Shown here in pieces: positions 36,041 through 49,000 of a stretch of DNA of 64,000 nt. This stretch comes from Haplodiscus bocki. Lineage: Eukaryota. The position numbers and the translations under genes were made by a program. The stretch is from the NCBI GenBank assembly GCA_965655095.1, contig OZ296659.1:46500001-46564000 (forward strand), read 5' to 3'. Each line of letters begins with the position of its first letter. Position 1 is the first letter of the stretch. Below the pieces are notes generated by a model. That model ran no database searches. It worked only from the letters and a program-made list of their open reading frames with translations, and was not told the DNA's origin.

Positions 36041-38462
36041 CTAGTTAATCCAAATATATGTCTTGTAAACACTCGCGGATCAACAACTATAGCAAAGTGA
36101 TCACGCCTACTTGAGAACCTTATCACCAAACAAATTGAATTAACACTCATCACTGAGACTTGGTTGGATCACACTTTTGACGAAAATGTTGCCTCGCTGT
36201 TTAGGTTGTACACTGTAATCGGAAGACGTGACCGTTGTAATGGCCCTCACGGCGGGGTCATTGCCTTGAAGAGGGTGTCCGCTAGCATCAATTTCTCAAA
36301 ACACCGCTAGATGACTGTTTCGACTTTGCTTGTGCGTTTGTGCTAAATAGCCGGAATGTCTCACCAATACTACTGCTACTTGTCTACCTTCCCCCTTCTA
36401 GTAGTCGTTATAGTGTATCAGCAAATGAACTTTCTGCGTGCATTGATAGCCTCCTCAACTATTCTGTGTCTGAACACTCAATTTCTGTACTTCATTTTTG
36501 TGTCTTAGGTGACTTCAATCTTCCAAAATCACAGTGCAAGACGTTGAGTACTAGCGTTGATCATGAAATTCAAATCTTAGATATTCTGAACAATCAATTT
36601 CTCTCTCCAATCACTATTAACACCCCAATGTACATAGCTAATATTTTTCTGAATAATATTCTAGTAAGTGATCGTTCCCTTTCCAATCTATTATCAATCG
36701 ACTCGAGTGCCAATATCAGTGATCATTATCCTATAATTTTTGAGTGCAATGTTTCAGAACAACTGTTATTGGTGTCTAGGCCTCTGCAACACATGCGCTC
36801 GTTGAACAACTTTCGAAGCTACTGGCAACTCTTCGATTATTCCAACCACCCTAGTAGCACCGTAGAAGAATTCTACTTACACCTTCATAGTGCGGTCGCT
36901 CCTACTCTAGTCAAGAAACGAACAAAACGTATAAAATTACCATATTATTACACTTCACACACTGTATTCTGCTACAATAGACGCGAAACTCTTAAACGAC
37001 GTTGTATACGAAATCCAGCTATTAGAAACGTGACCACTCTAAACAGCTCGCAGAAAGATTTCGACGAGTCTGTAGAGTTGGACAGAATCACTTCACTTCA
37101 TTGCTCCAGCACCCACTTCATCTCTGAAAGCTTCAAACTTCTGCGCTCTCTTTCCTGCCGAACTCTTCCTGAGATAATGTTCCGCGGAGACAATTGTTTC
37201 AACTCAGCTGCTGAAATTGTAAATGGGTTCAAGGATTTCTTCGTTGAAAATTTCAAATTGCAATAATTTGATGAAGTTTTGCCTTCGACCGACTGCTCAC
37301 TTGAGCTTGATGGAGTACTTGACACCTTCTCTCCCTGTGAAATCGTCAACTTCATAAAGAATCTGAAGTCTTGTACGTCTCCCACCAACGATGGCTTCCC
37401 CACACGTCTATTGAAACTTCACTCAGAGTTATTTGGAAAACTTTTGCATCCTGTATTTTCATCAGTTGTCTTGACCAGGATTTTTCCACCAGAGAGGAAA
37501 GTGTCTCACATACTTCCGCTACATAAAGATGGTCCTAAAAATTGCATAGAGAACTGTAGACCCATCAGTCTCCTTCCGAAAGTCTCTTTGCTTTTTGAAC
37601 GCATTCTTTTCAGTTACATCTATTCAGCCATCAAAGACAAACTTCATCCGAAACAATTCGGTTTCGAAGCCAAACGAGGAGCAGTCCTGCAACGTCTCGA
37701 CTATCTTGAAACTATATATAGACAATCTTCAAGCATTCTGTTTGCTGTGTACCTTGATTACACGAAAGCCTTCAACACAAAAAACTTCTGCGCAAAGTCA
37801 GCTCTCAAATGCCTTTTCCGGTACTTAGTGGAGTACCACAAGGCTCTGTATTGCGTCCGCTTCTCATTTTACTGTTTATTAATGACCTTCCAGCAATCTT
37901 TTTAGATGCTATACCTTGGATCTTTGCCGATGATTTAAAACTTTTGTTCAATACAACTAACTTCCATGACGTCTTAGCTAGATTGCATAACTGGAACCTC
38001 TGAACTGGAATGCTAGCCAACACAGCTAAAACAAAGACTCTCAACTTTAAATCTGTCACTGGCGTTATTCTAAGTGGCAATAACTTGTTGAATGTAAATT
38101 CGCAAAGACACCTCGGAGTCGTAGTGACGTTTAACTTGAAATGGGACAACCATATTGGTATCAGGATCAGCAAAGCGCGTAAAAATTTTTTTCTGAAAAA
38201 TACTATTCCTTGGAGCACGCCTTCGAAGACAAAGTATAGCCTCCATCGCAGCATGGTCCTATCTGTCCTTCTCTATGGAGCCGTCATCTGTTATCCAAGT
38301 ATCTCTTCGTTGAGGAAAATGTAGGCCTTCCAAAAACTTTGCTACCGGTAAAATTTTGGAAAAAAGCTATATTATGAAAGAACTTCGAACACTAACAACC
38401 TGTTGCCAACTGCTTACCATATAGAGCTGGAGTCCCATTCACTTCTACTTAACACACTTTGA
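36041..38462 (+). pseudogene. LINE ORF2 endonuclease/reverse transcriptase, disrupted
   Basis: ORF pieces 36340-37266, 37279-37905, 37809-38003 and 38010-38324 carry APE and RT motifs; internal deletion after YLDYTKAFN. Confidence 0.92.
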
Positions 38463-38642
38463 NNNNNNNNNNNNNNNNNNNNNNNNNNNNNNNNNNNNNN
38501 NNNNNNNNNNNNNNNNNNNNNNNNNNNNNNNNNNNNNNNNNNNNNNNNNNNNNNNNNNNNNNNNNNNNNNNNNNNNNNNNNNNNNNNNNNNNNNNNNNNN
38601 NNNNNNNNNNNNNNNNNNNNNNNNNNNNNNNNNNNNNNNNNN
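38463..38642. other. Assembly gap (180 N)
   Basis: Run of N between two convergent LINE 3' ends. Confidence 1.
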
Positions 38643-38678
38643 CGGAAGGGTATTGAGCCCACGCAAATACCAGTTACT

Positions 38679-41327
38679 TCATGGCGAGCAGGTTCGACTT
38701 TGACAAATGATTCGCCATGAGCACAGGTTTTCTTCACAAAAGTTGTTGACGATGAACTTCCAGTAATAATCTTGGATACCTTCTTTCACGTAGCACAGTT
38801 CTTGTAAATTTAAAGTTCTCGATAGTCTTCGGTGAATTTGAAGAGTTCTGTACCAAAAATTGTCTTTGCTTTTGCTCCTCCCTATTTTTGGTAGATAAAA
38901 CGGGGATGATGTTGTTGTTCTCAGGGAGTTTTTTCAATAGGGGGCGATGTGCTACTTCACCAGTCGAAGTTGTATTGATCAGCTACTTTTTTTAGAAGGT
39001 TAGTAAATCGTGCATTTCGATGTATAAATTATTTGGTAACAGCTTCAGTTGGGTCAAGCGGGTTTTGTAGTCTACTTGAGACGTTCTGGAACTCCATTTC
39101 GGTACTCTCTTCTGTACCAGTTCGAGTTCTTTCATGGATGTCCTGTTTGCATGCCAGACTGGAGAACAGTGTGTCAAAATTGGTACGACATACCCACAGT
39201 ACATATTTAGGCGTGAACACAACTAACTCAGTGGTGAGGTGTTCCTTTTTAGATTGAGAAAGGCTCGATAGGCTTTGTTGCATTAAGGCTTTGTTTGTTC
39301 AACCGACGATAGGTCTTCCGAAATTACGACGCCGAGGTCTCGCTCGAATGGAGATGTTTGGAGGCTTACGTTCTTCCTTCTGAATTTTTGGGAGTCACCG
39401 CCGCGGAACATCATCAAATGGCTTTTTTCAACATTGATTTCCATTTTTTTTGGTCGCACCACTGGACAAATCGATCTAAATCTTCTTGTAGTTCCATCTG
39501 GTTGGAAGACATGAACTTGGTGTCATCGTGGTGACATGATTTTGGTGTGGCAAAGTCAATGTACACCGTTGCAAGGAATTTTGTCTGAGAGTCCAGGGTT
39601 CTGTAAATTTCATCTCTGTACGCTAAGAGTTTCAAGAGGGTGGAACGCTTCGAAACAAAACCGCACTGACATGGGTCAACTTTCGGAAGAAAAATTTCAG
39701 CAATGGTTTTCTCCATCATTTTCTCCCAAACTTTGGATATGTTACAGAGGAGTGATATTGGTCTATATTTCTTTACCAGTGATCGATCCGTATCCTTAAA
39801 AATTTGAGTTACTTCCGAATTTTTCCAGAAGGTGGGAAAGCATCGTTTATTAGAGAAAGTTCTAAAGATAACGGATAGAGAATTTGCTAGAGATTCAGAA
39901 CATTTGTTGAGCATAATGTCCGGCAGATTGTCCGGTCCACAGGTTTTTTGGGGGTTGAGGTTTTGAAGTAGGTTTGTAATGTTGTCATTTGAGAAGTTTG
40001 GTTCTATCGATTGGTCTTCCAATATCGCAGGTATTTTGGTAAATTCAGCAGTACATTCATCTTCATGGTCGTTAGATTTCAAAAAAACACTACAGAAGAA
40101 AGTATTAAAAAGAACGCTCTTCTATTCGTCCGTGTTAGCTGTTGAGTTTTCATGGCAAATTTCGGCCGGTATGGGATCAAGCCGACGAATATAGCGTAGG
40201 TATCTTTGGATCGTGCTAAAGTGTCGAGATTTGAAAAAACTTTCTTCGTATAGCATGAGATCTTCGTTGATCTTTGAGGCCACCAGGTCTTCTAGACTTC
40301 TAACTTTGTTTCGTAGTGCAGGCGATGGTTCAGAATTCAATTTGCGTTGTAGATACTTCAATTTTCTGATGATGCAAGGTGTTGGCGATGTGACCCAGAT
40401 TGGGAGACTGCTTCTGTGGTTAGTACGTATGGGAATTGTTGCAAGCATGATTTCATGCAGCCACTCATACCACGTTTCCAAAAGTTTGTCGCAATTACTA
40501 TAGCAGTGTTGTGACAAGGGGTTTTCAGTCACGTACTTGTTGACCTTTTTGAAATCCACTCTTGAGTAGGAAAAGTCGTGAGTCTGGGTTGTTTTAACGG
40601 AAGGACTTTGCATATCGACGAAAATTGAGAAAGGGTCATGATCAGAGCGAAAGTGGCCATTAAGGGAGGCACTTTTGATTAAGAAGTTATTGCTAAACCA
40701 TCGAACTACTTTTTCTGGATTATTCAGCAGGCAAATTTCAAGTGAGCTGCTTGTTGTTTTCCTTAGAATTTGTTCGAAGCCGCTGTTCACGAACATTCCA
40801 GCAATGGAGTCTTCGTAGTCACACGTGCTTAAGAAACTGTTCCAATCAGTTAACGGGAGGTTGATGTCTCCAGTGACGTTGATTTCTGTTATGTAGTATT
40901 GTTGTGGAACCTTGTCAATTTCTTGCAGGTAGTGGGTAAATTTACTGCCAGCCCATCGATAAGAACTCTTTTCAGGGGGACAGTAAACCGATAGAACTAA
41001 AAGATGAACTGAACAAAAATGGCAGACAATGCTCACAACGTCTTCAAAAACGTTGAACTCGGTAATTTCTTTGCAGGGTACCAACCTGTTAACGGCGAGT
41101 CGTACGCCGCCGTGACTCGATTTCCCGGTTCGCTTAGGTTGTCGATCACGACGGAGTTTTGACCGGTTTCCATGAAGTAGGCCACTGCTCGGTATTGTGT
41201 CTACTAGCCAAGTTTCGCACAGGCTAATGATGTGGAATTGTTGCAAGGCAAGTGCATTTGATAAAGCTGTTCGTCGATTCAAATCGAGCAAACTTCTAAC
41301 ATTCCACATCAGTAGGTGTACTTGCAT
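38679..41327 (-). pseudogene. LINE ORF2 endonuclease/reverse transcriptase, disrupted
   Basis: 401-aa APE ORF (40122-41327), RT piece 39414-40082 with a deletion between IDFA and DDTK, and C-terminal pieces at 38679-39400. Confidence 0.92.
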
Positions 41328-41353
41328 TGCTTTTTGTGATTTCGGTTAGGTAG

Positions 41354-42254
41354 TCAGGCCGACGGTGCTTCAGCTCCGTTGTAAACCTCTTCCCAAATCC
41401 CTTGGTCATTTTGCATCTCAAGTTTGAGATTTCGGATACGAAGCTTCTCCCTAGGAACTCTTTGATCGATTTTCACTTCCCTCATTCGCAGTGATTCGTT
41501 TTCAGTTTTTAGTTCTTCGATTGTAAGCGCCTTCCAGAGAAACGCTGGTCCCGACAATTCCGGGTAATTCTTCAGTTCTCGTGAGGCCTTCAACAGAATT
41601 GTACGACACGCTTCGTTATCGACCTGTACTATCAGGTTTCGTGGTTTGGGACTGAGGTCTTTGAATTGGCTAACTCGTTTTGGGCTTTTGACATCGCACT
41701 TCTTTCCGGAAAGAAACTTGAAGACAGATTCTACTTTCTCCAGGTCTTTCTTGAACTCTTTGTCAGGACGAAGGCCAGACATTTCAGGAATGCCTCGTAG
41801 TCGGAGGCCTCTGGGTTCTGCAACTTTTGACTCAAATGCTTTCACTTGAACAGGCTGTTCTAGCTTCACGGCAATGTTTTCAGTTTCTTTTTTCAGAGCC
41901 ACAACATACAGATGCGTACTTGTCGCTGACGTTCCTTTTGTAATCGTCGAGTTTGTCCTGCATTGCTTGCAGTTTGTGTGTGTTTTCTTCTTCGAGGCGG
42001 TTCCTCCTCGTGGCGTAGACGTCTTGAATCAGCGTTTCGCGTTCATTTTCAGCGCACAAAGTGCAAAGGAGGAGCACGTTTCGTGTCACTTCTTGAAAAC
42101 TTTTGACAACAGAAGCTGAGAAACCAGTACATTCTGGCGTCATGTGGAGTACCGCACCACAAGACAAGCAGCAAAAGCGTTGTTTTCCAGATACTTTCTC
42201 ATCGCAAATTTTGCATGTGGTCATGCCACGTTTGCGGGGTTCTGATTGACTCAC
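41354..42254 (-). pseudogene. LINE ORF1 with N-terminal PHD-type zinc finger, one frameshift near 41890
   Basis: CKIC...CLSC...H...C...CTLC; coiled coil; GLRLRGIPE, PRNLIV and LRIRNLKL typical of CR1-group ORF1. Confidence 0.85.
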
Positions 42255-42387
42255 TTTTTGAGCTCCCAGCCACCAAGCAACGTCCGAGATAACTAAATCT
42301 CAGGAGTCACGAGGAAATCAGGAGAACAAAGTTTCGAAAGCTGTAGACTTTTCTCGGGTCCCAAGCAACGTCCGAGATAATTCAAAC

Positions 42388-42675
42388 TCAGGAGTCACGA
42401 GGAAAACAAGACGAGTTCCTTCTTGGAAATCTTTGACAATCTTCCTTTTGACAGTAAGGTGGGAATAACCCTGAGGTCGTTTTTTTGTTCTGATTGAACG
42501 AAAGACCAGGGATTACTGTTATTGTTTTCTTCAGGGTTCGCTTGGAGTTGTAGTCAAATTTTTCGATGACTCGGGAGACTGATGAGGCGCCAAGGAATTG
42601 GACAATTTGTCGTTGAGGGGAAAAGATTAGGGGGCCGCCACGGCTGCCCCAGTAATCATATTCCTGAAAAGACAC
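42388..42675 (-). pseudogene. LINE upstream ORF0 (N-terminal half), homologous to 34362-34939
   Basis: YWGSRGGPLIF...VQFLGASSVSR...ITVIPGLSFNQN. Confidence 0.5.
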
Positions 42676-42689
42676 TATTTAATAAGTTT

Positions 42690-43000
42690 GATGAATGTTG
42701 ATGAAATAGTGACGTATCAGCCACGAAAACCTTATAAAAGGCTGAGTTCTTTCAACCCCCTTGTCCCTTTTTCAAACGTGAAACATTCTGTTCTAAGAAA
42801 CTCAGTTATGTCTTTCAATTTTCTCCATCGCAATTTAATAATCTGTGAATCGCATCCTCCCTCAATCAGAAGTGTAAAAAATTTTCTGTTGAATAAAACC
42901 TTTGATTTCGATAATACTTGTACCTAATATATTTGTTGCTGCTGTGCTAAATGCTCACATTTGAAAAGTCTGATATGATCTTTCTCTTCTTGCATTTCTT
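42690..43000 (+). mobile_element. 3'-terminal fragment of another CR1-group LINE
   Basis: FLLNKTFDFDNTCT*YICCCCAKC resembles the Cys-rich ORF2 C-terminus also seen at 38679-38770. Confidence 0.45.
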
Positions 43001-44176
43001 GGATACCTGAAAAGGAATTGAGTCTTTCTCTCTCTCCACTTCGTTTTCGGAACAGGTAACACTATACCTGGTACTTCGATCAGACATCTACTGAGTTTTG
43101 ACTTTTTGAAACTGTCCATTGTCGCCTGGACTGTTTCATTTCTTTGTTATAACGGGATTCACACTACTTATCCATATCACAACGGGTTCAGAGTCGAGCA
43201 GCTTGTCTCGTTTTTTGGTAGTTACTCAACACTGTACTGATGTAAGACCATCATAAGAGAAGCTACACTGGTTAACACTTGAAAAAAGGAATAGTACAAA
43301 TTCTACCTTCATGTTTTCGTCTTTCATTTTCTACCACATGCCGTTTGCCTAGGTAAACTTTTAATCAAGAATTGTGGCTCCATTTACCCTAGTCGGTGTC
43401 TCCACTCTTGAGGTACCCAGGATTACAAACAAATTTGAAGATAGTGCTTTTCAATTATCTGGTGCAGTTCTTTGGAATGCTCTTCCGGATTCCCTAAAAT
43501 ATGCACTCTAAATGGTTTTAACAGAAAACTGAAAGTTATCTTTATTGAGTGATGGCAGCTTTGTGATGAAGAGAAAAAATTACAATCAATCAAAAACTCA
43601 ATTTTTCTCCGGTGACAATGAAAACTCTTTTTCAATTTATCTCGTAAATGATCAGGGGTCTTTTCCATTTCTTCTCCCCCCCCCCCCCCAGCGGATTCTT
43701 CCCCCCCCCCCAGTCGAAGCTGTAGCTGCTGCTACCAGTGTACATGTGTTTATTCACTGAATACGTCTTTCGCGAGTCAGTAGACAGTGCACACAATTCA
43801 CAAATCTCAAGTACCTTCCAAGAAGCTGACTGCTTGCTGAAGCTAGTTAAAATAAACAAACAGGTATTTGCAATAACTTTATTATGCACAAACTTGGAGC
43901 ATACTGCTCAGCTGTGCATATCAGCTAGGGGGGAAATAATAATTTTGTCAGTAGGGCTGGGGGAGTAAGACCCATGATCAGTTTATATTGGTGGAGCCAA
44001 AAATAAATAATTGGAGAAAAGATGTTGACAATTTTTTCCCTGCAATTGTATTTTTCTCACCCTTCTTGGTTGGGGTAATTTGTCCTAATATTTCGATAGG
44101 TAGGCCCTAAGGAATCCTGTTTTATACTGTTCGTGCAAATGATGATTTAGGTTTATTTTGCTTCAGAACTTGGTCA

Positions 44177-44459
44177 ATGGGAAAAGGTGCCAGTAAATTA
44201 CCCACAGAGAAAATGAAAGAATACTTGAGAGAAAGCTCTTTCACAGAGAATGAGCTACGGCTATGGTATAAGTATTTTATAAGAGAATGCCCAAACGGTA
44301 CGATGAATAGTGAACAGTTTCTCAACATATACAAATTGTTTCACCCCAGTGGACGTCCTGAGCAATTTGCTTCTCACGTGTTTCGAGTGTTCGATCGCAA
44401 CAAAGATGGATCGGTAGATTTCGATGATTTTCTGGGCTCAATTCATATTACTGCAAAAG
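44177..44459 (+). CDS. Neuronal calcium sensor family protein (NCS-1/neurocalcin/hippocalcin-like), coding exon 1
   Basis: MGKGASK myristoylation motif; WYKYFIRECPNG (EF1 CPxG), FASHVFRVFDRNKDGSVDF (EF2); donor AAAG|GTACT, phase 1. Confidence 0.95.
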
Positions 44460-47400
44460 GTACTTTTTCTTTTTTTTACTTGTTGCTAGAAGGTTGAGGA
44501 TTAGTTTCGGACTATGAAATATTGTTAGGCTCATTTTGCGCATTTTGCCCAACTTTTAGAGGCAAGCGGGCGAAGAAACTAAGAGACCTCTATTGTTGAC
44601 ACTATTGGCAGCTTCTTGTGTCAGTTTTGAATGAGCTAAAATTCGTTACGCTGACTTTCAAATTTCTTGCCAAAATGTTTTTTCGTACATGCCATTTCGA
44701 ATTAAATGTCAATCGTCAAATTATTCGAATTCTTAGTGAGTGTTATTAACATGCAACCAGCATAAATGAATGAAGGATGTTAAATTTTGGGCAATCATTG
44801 GAATTTTTGAGACTGTCATCCTAAAAATGGCGTCCAAGGCGTCCAAAATTGAGTCAAAAATCGCTATTTTTGGAATTTTGTAGAGTTTTTCATGCACTAC
44901 CATGCATATCATTTTCGTAGCTGCCAAGTCAAACGGATACAATAAAGATAAATAAATGTAGTGTAATGCAATGGAATTTTGCTGAGGCAATTCTTATAGT
45001 TTTTCCAGCAATTTGAATGCTGGTTTTGATGTTTATTAATGAGCCAAACATTCCCAGTCAATTTCATTCAAGACTTTGTTTCGATTTTTGAAAATTCCTG
45101 TTCAGGTATTGCTTCTCATTCTTTTGATGTAGATTTTGGTCAATACTCCAAATACGTTTTGTCTTAAACCACCTGGTCAAGTTTTCTTATTCATGGCTGA
45201 TACAACAGCTTTTTATACGGTTATTTATTTTGCCTGTAAGCGTTGCTCCAGGTTTTGTCCTAATATTGAAAAAAATTGGTCCAAAGTTAACTACATGTCA
45301 TATACTGAAGTATTAGCTTTGGTTGAGAAGAAACGAATTGGGTCTTTGAACCCAAAATACCTTGATATTTAAACACTTTAGTTGTGCTGAAAAATTTTTG
45401 AACTCTATAAGTTGTTTAATCTTACTGTTTATGGAAACGTTATCTTAAACTGAGCATGAAACAGCCGGCTCAGAAGAGAGTAACTGGAAAATTGAAATCT
45501 GTATGTTCTGAGAATAGTAACTAATCAGAGGATTGTGATCCATGCATCCAGGATTCGTGTCCGCTCTCCAAACTGCTCCCCACCACAGAAATCAAAACCT
45601 GAGGATTAGATTTATTTAATTATACATCTGCAAATGATTTCGATTCTAGTCAATTGTGCGAATGCGTTTTTTTGCTAAATTACCCGGTCGATTCTTTTCA
45701 TTCATGTCTAAAGCGGCTGCTCGCTTATTTTGGACAGTTTTTCGCAATTTTTTTTTGAATATGTAAAATTTATGGTCCAAACGTTGCCAGGAATGAATTT
45801 CCTGCCAATTTTATTCACAATTCCGACTGCCTTTTCCATTGAACTACCCTCCCAATTGTTTTCATTTACGTCCTGATCGACTTTGTGGTGTTTCATGTGA
45901 CTGGACGACTTTCCAGATTTTCCAATCTCTAATTGGTCCAAACATTGCCACAAATGCATATGAAGCCGCTTTTGGCCAAAATTCCGAAGGTTTTTTCTTC
46001 TGAACTAACGACTGAATTCTTTTCATTTAACAACTTAATCGACGACTGTTTGAATATAATTTCTTTTTCGAGATTTTTGTCTGTCCGAAAACGATTGAAA
46101 CAATGCTACCCACGCGTATAAGAGCAATTTTAGACAACCATACGGTTGCTTTTCCTACTACCCTTTCATTTTTTTGTTTAAAACCTAATCGACAGACTTT
46201 TGAATTCAAATTCATTTCAGGAAAGTTTTTTCGCGATTATGATCATATTTCTCATAATGTTGCAAGCAAAATTACTCATACCATTGATTTCTGTTTTTAG
46301 CAGGTTTCCGAATGATTTTTTCTTGAACTACCTACTCAGCTGTTTTTTACGGCCTATTCCATTGCCTCTTTTCAACTTCCTTTACCTGGCTGAGGTTCTC
46401 CAGATATCGTTTCAATTTTCAATCTTTATTGTCCAAATGTTGCTACACATGCATGTGATTTCGATTTTGATCAGTTTCCATTTGCTTCCAAAGTTTCAAG
46501 GACTACTTCGACCTTTTGTTTTCAGACAACTTAACTAGGTCCTAAAAACTTTTGCCTCACTTAATCATCTGAACATGAGGGACTTTGTACTGTGTCTTTG
46601 AAAATGCGACCTTCAGTCTCAAAAATGTAATGAACCCGTCATAAAAAGCACAACGTAGCGTTACTGCATTTTTTTTACATATTGTTGGTCTAATTTCAGC
46701 CAAACTTCGCTCGTTCCGCACAGGTTGTGCTGACTCTCCTTGAAAAATAAACTTTCGCTCAGTTAGACGTAATTCAATCAGACGTACAATTTCAAAAGTT
46801 CTTCGATGGCAGGTAGCAATTTCGTTTCGTTTTGTACAAAAAATCCAATCATACCATTTTTTGCGGGTTTCTCAGGCTGTTGTCTTGCGAATCATCTATT
46901 TATCTACGGTAATACCTTAAAGTAGCACAAAAAAGTTGATTTCGCAAAAAGCTTCCTCAAAAACTGGTGCTTTTGGGGCTTCAAAGTATGCCAAGGAGTT
47001 AGTTTGTTGTTTTCGAATTTTTCCCTTTCCTTCCCGCTTTAACCTTGCAATTAAAACCGATACGATACCGAAGCCCAATTCCAGATAGTACTGTGGAATT
47101 AGTCGAAAACGATATATCTGAAGCTTTTTGGTTGCTCAAAGTACAAAAGACATATCTAACTTAACAACTTGGGGGAATTTTTGCTTTGCGAATCTGGATT
47201 TCAGTTATCGATTAATTTAAATCTGTTAGAATAAGTGCGAAAGAAATTAGTCGGGGAATTGACCAATAAAGGCGAACATTTTCGCTAGAAAGGTCATTTA
47301 AAATGTCTTCGAATCGTCGAACATAGCTTGGTTCGCAATTTTTCGAATTTTTGCACTTTCGTCTTCCAAATTGCTTTTTTGACCATGCATCCAGCTGAAT

Positions 47401-47899
47401 GAAGCAGAAACGAGTACTTTTGACGAACACTTCAAAAATCTGATATTTTCCTCTCGATTGGTAGTTGTCGTGCTTTACCGTTAGACGAAAAAAACTGAGT
47501 TGTCGATTTCTCATAGACCTTTCGTCCTTTTGGCGTGCAAATCAACTTTCGGTTTCAAATCGACCATGATCCGTCACCACAGGATTGTTTTTGGAAAAGT
47601 TATAGTAGTTGTTTTTAATAATAATACCACTAATCTTGGTGCCAAATTGTGCTTAAAATTGCGAACCTTTTGATTGATCCGGTTTTTTGCGTTTCTGATG
47701 ACATCAACTTCCTAGCTTCTAGGGTTCGTCCTCTTGCAAAAATCATTTTTTCACTATTGTAGTAGAGAGCTCTATAGAGTTTTCTAATGTGAGGGTTTTT
47801 GATTGCTTTCAAGTCGACAAAAATGGAAAAACTAGCGTTTTTCAGTGTTTCAAGTCATTTTCCATCTAGAACAGTGTTTATCCTGCAATTTCATTCGAC

Positions 47900-49000
47900 G
47901 GCCAGAAAGTTCCATTTTGACAACTCCAATTTTTAAAGGGAGAACATCCACTGTGATTTATTTTTTTCGAGTACATCAAGTCGCTCTGGTTTCGAAATAC
48001 TTCTATTTTTGAGCTCCTATGGAGGTTTTCTGTAAACTTCTCATTTAAATGTAATAAATAAACTACCCACCCAACGACAACTTTTTACAAAAGTTAAATT
48101 AACTGGAGCGTTGTTTCTTTATTTCAATCCTTTTCCGAGAATTCGTGGTCTGAATACTTGCTTCAAGAGTATAGTATGTCGATTTTAGTCTCTTCAGATT
48201 GGTTGTTCTCCTAACTGCCCTTTCAACTTCTTTCATCCATGGCACAGCTGAAGGTTGTTCATTTTCAGATTGGTTGGTCTGGATCATTTTTCTTTTCGTT
48301 ATGTCTAAATAATGATGGAGGCACTGTCGTTTTTACTCATTTTTCGAAATAAGTCTCGAATCAACGATTGATTTTTTTCATCCTGGGCTTCATCGGGAGA
48401 TCTTTCTACTGGCTGCTGTAATTGAAGCAATTTTGCAAGTTCTCATTTCATTCTCAAGAAGCTAGAGTCCAAATCTTTCTAAAGCACATGGTGTCGGAAT
48501 TTCTCGTTTTTAAAATGTTTCTTTAACTTTTCAATGTCCTTTAATCGCGGTTCTGTCAAACGCCAATTATGTGTAGATTGATTAGCCGATGCCTATCTTC
48601 TGGTTTACCTTGTGTACTTCATAATTTTTTTCCACAGATTTTGGATCATTTCGATGTTAGTGTGAAAGTTTGTGGCAAGCCATCAATGGTCTACTAAAAG
48701 TTCTTCGGTGTCAAACATTAATAACAGTTCTGCCATGCCCTTAATTGTCCGGTGAAGAATTCCCTCGTTCGAATGCAAAGATATTTTGCCTGAGATTTTG
48801 GAGGGTTTTTGGAATATCCTGGGAAGGTAAACAATGAGGCGTTTTCCCAGTTTGACGAAGTCTCGACAATTTTCTAACATTTTGCATCAGCGCAAAAATA
48901 ACCTCCAAAATGTCACAGATGGTCGCTGTTCGATAAGATTTAATCATTTTCGATTATAATAACTTTGATTACGTTTTTTTGGCTGCTTTGGCGACAACTT
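47900..49000 (-). mobile_element. Possible highly decayed Gypsy integrase fragment
   Basis: ENCRDFVKLGKRL...NEG resembles the CxxC...GK segment ahead of the integrase core; weak. Confidence 0.3.

Larger units (their letters stand above)
34340..38462 (+). mobile_element. Decayed CR1-group LINE with ORF0, ORF1 and ORF2 (APE-RT); 3' end runs into the gap
   Basis: APE: ICLVNTRGS, ITETWLD, HGGV, VYLPP, LGDFNLP, SDHYP. RT: RPISLL, QFGF, YLDYTKAF, SGVPQGS, FINDLP, FADDLK, HLGV, LLYG. Confidence 0.92.
38643..42690 (-). mobile_element. Decayed CR1-group LINE with truncated ORF0, PHD-finger ORF1 and ORF2
   Basis: APE WNVRS, LCETWL, SHGGV, VYCPP, TGDINLP, RSDH; RT GPDN, YRPISLL, QCGF, IDFA, DDTK; C-terminal NNFCEENLCSWRIICQSRTCSP* (stop 38679-38681). 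Confidence 0.93.

Noticed and set aside
44460-44497. ORF-track C-terminus TFSFFYLLLEG of the NCS protein
   Set aside because: Intron read-through; homology resumes at 61986 after a canonical splice
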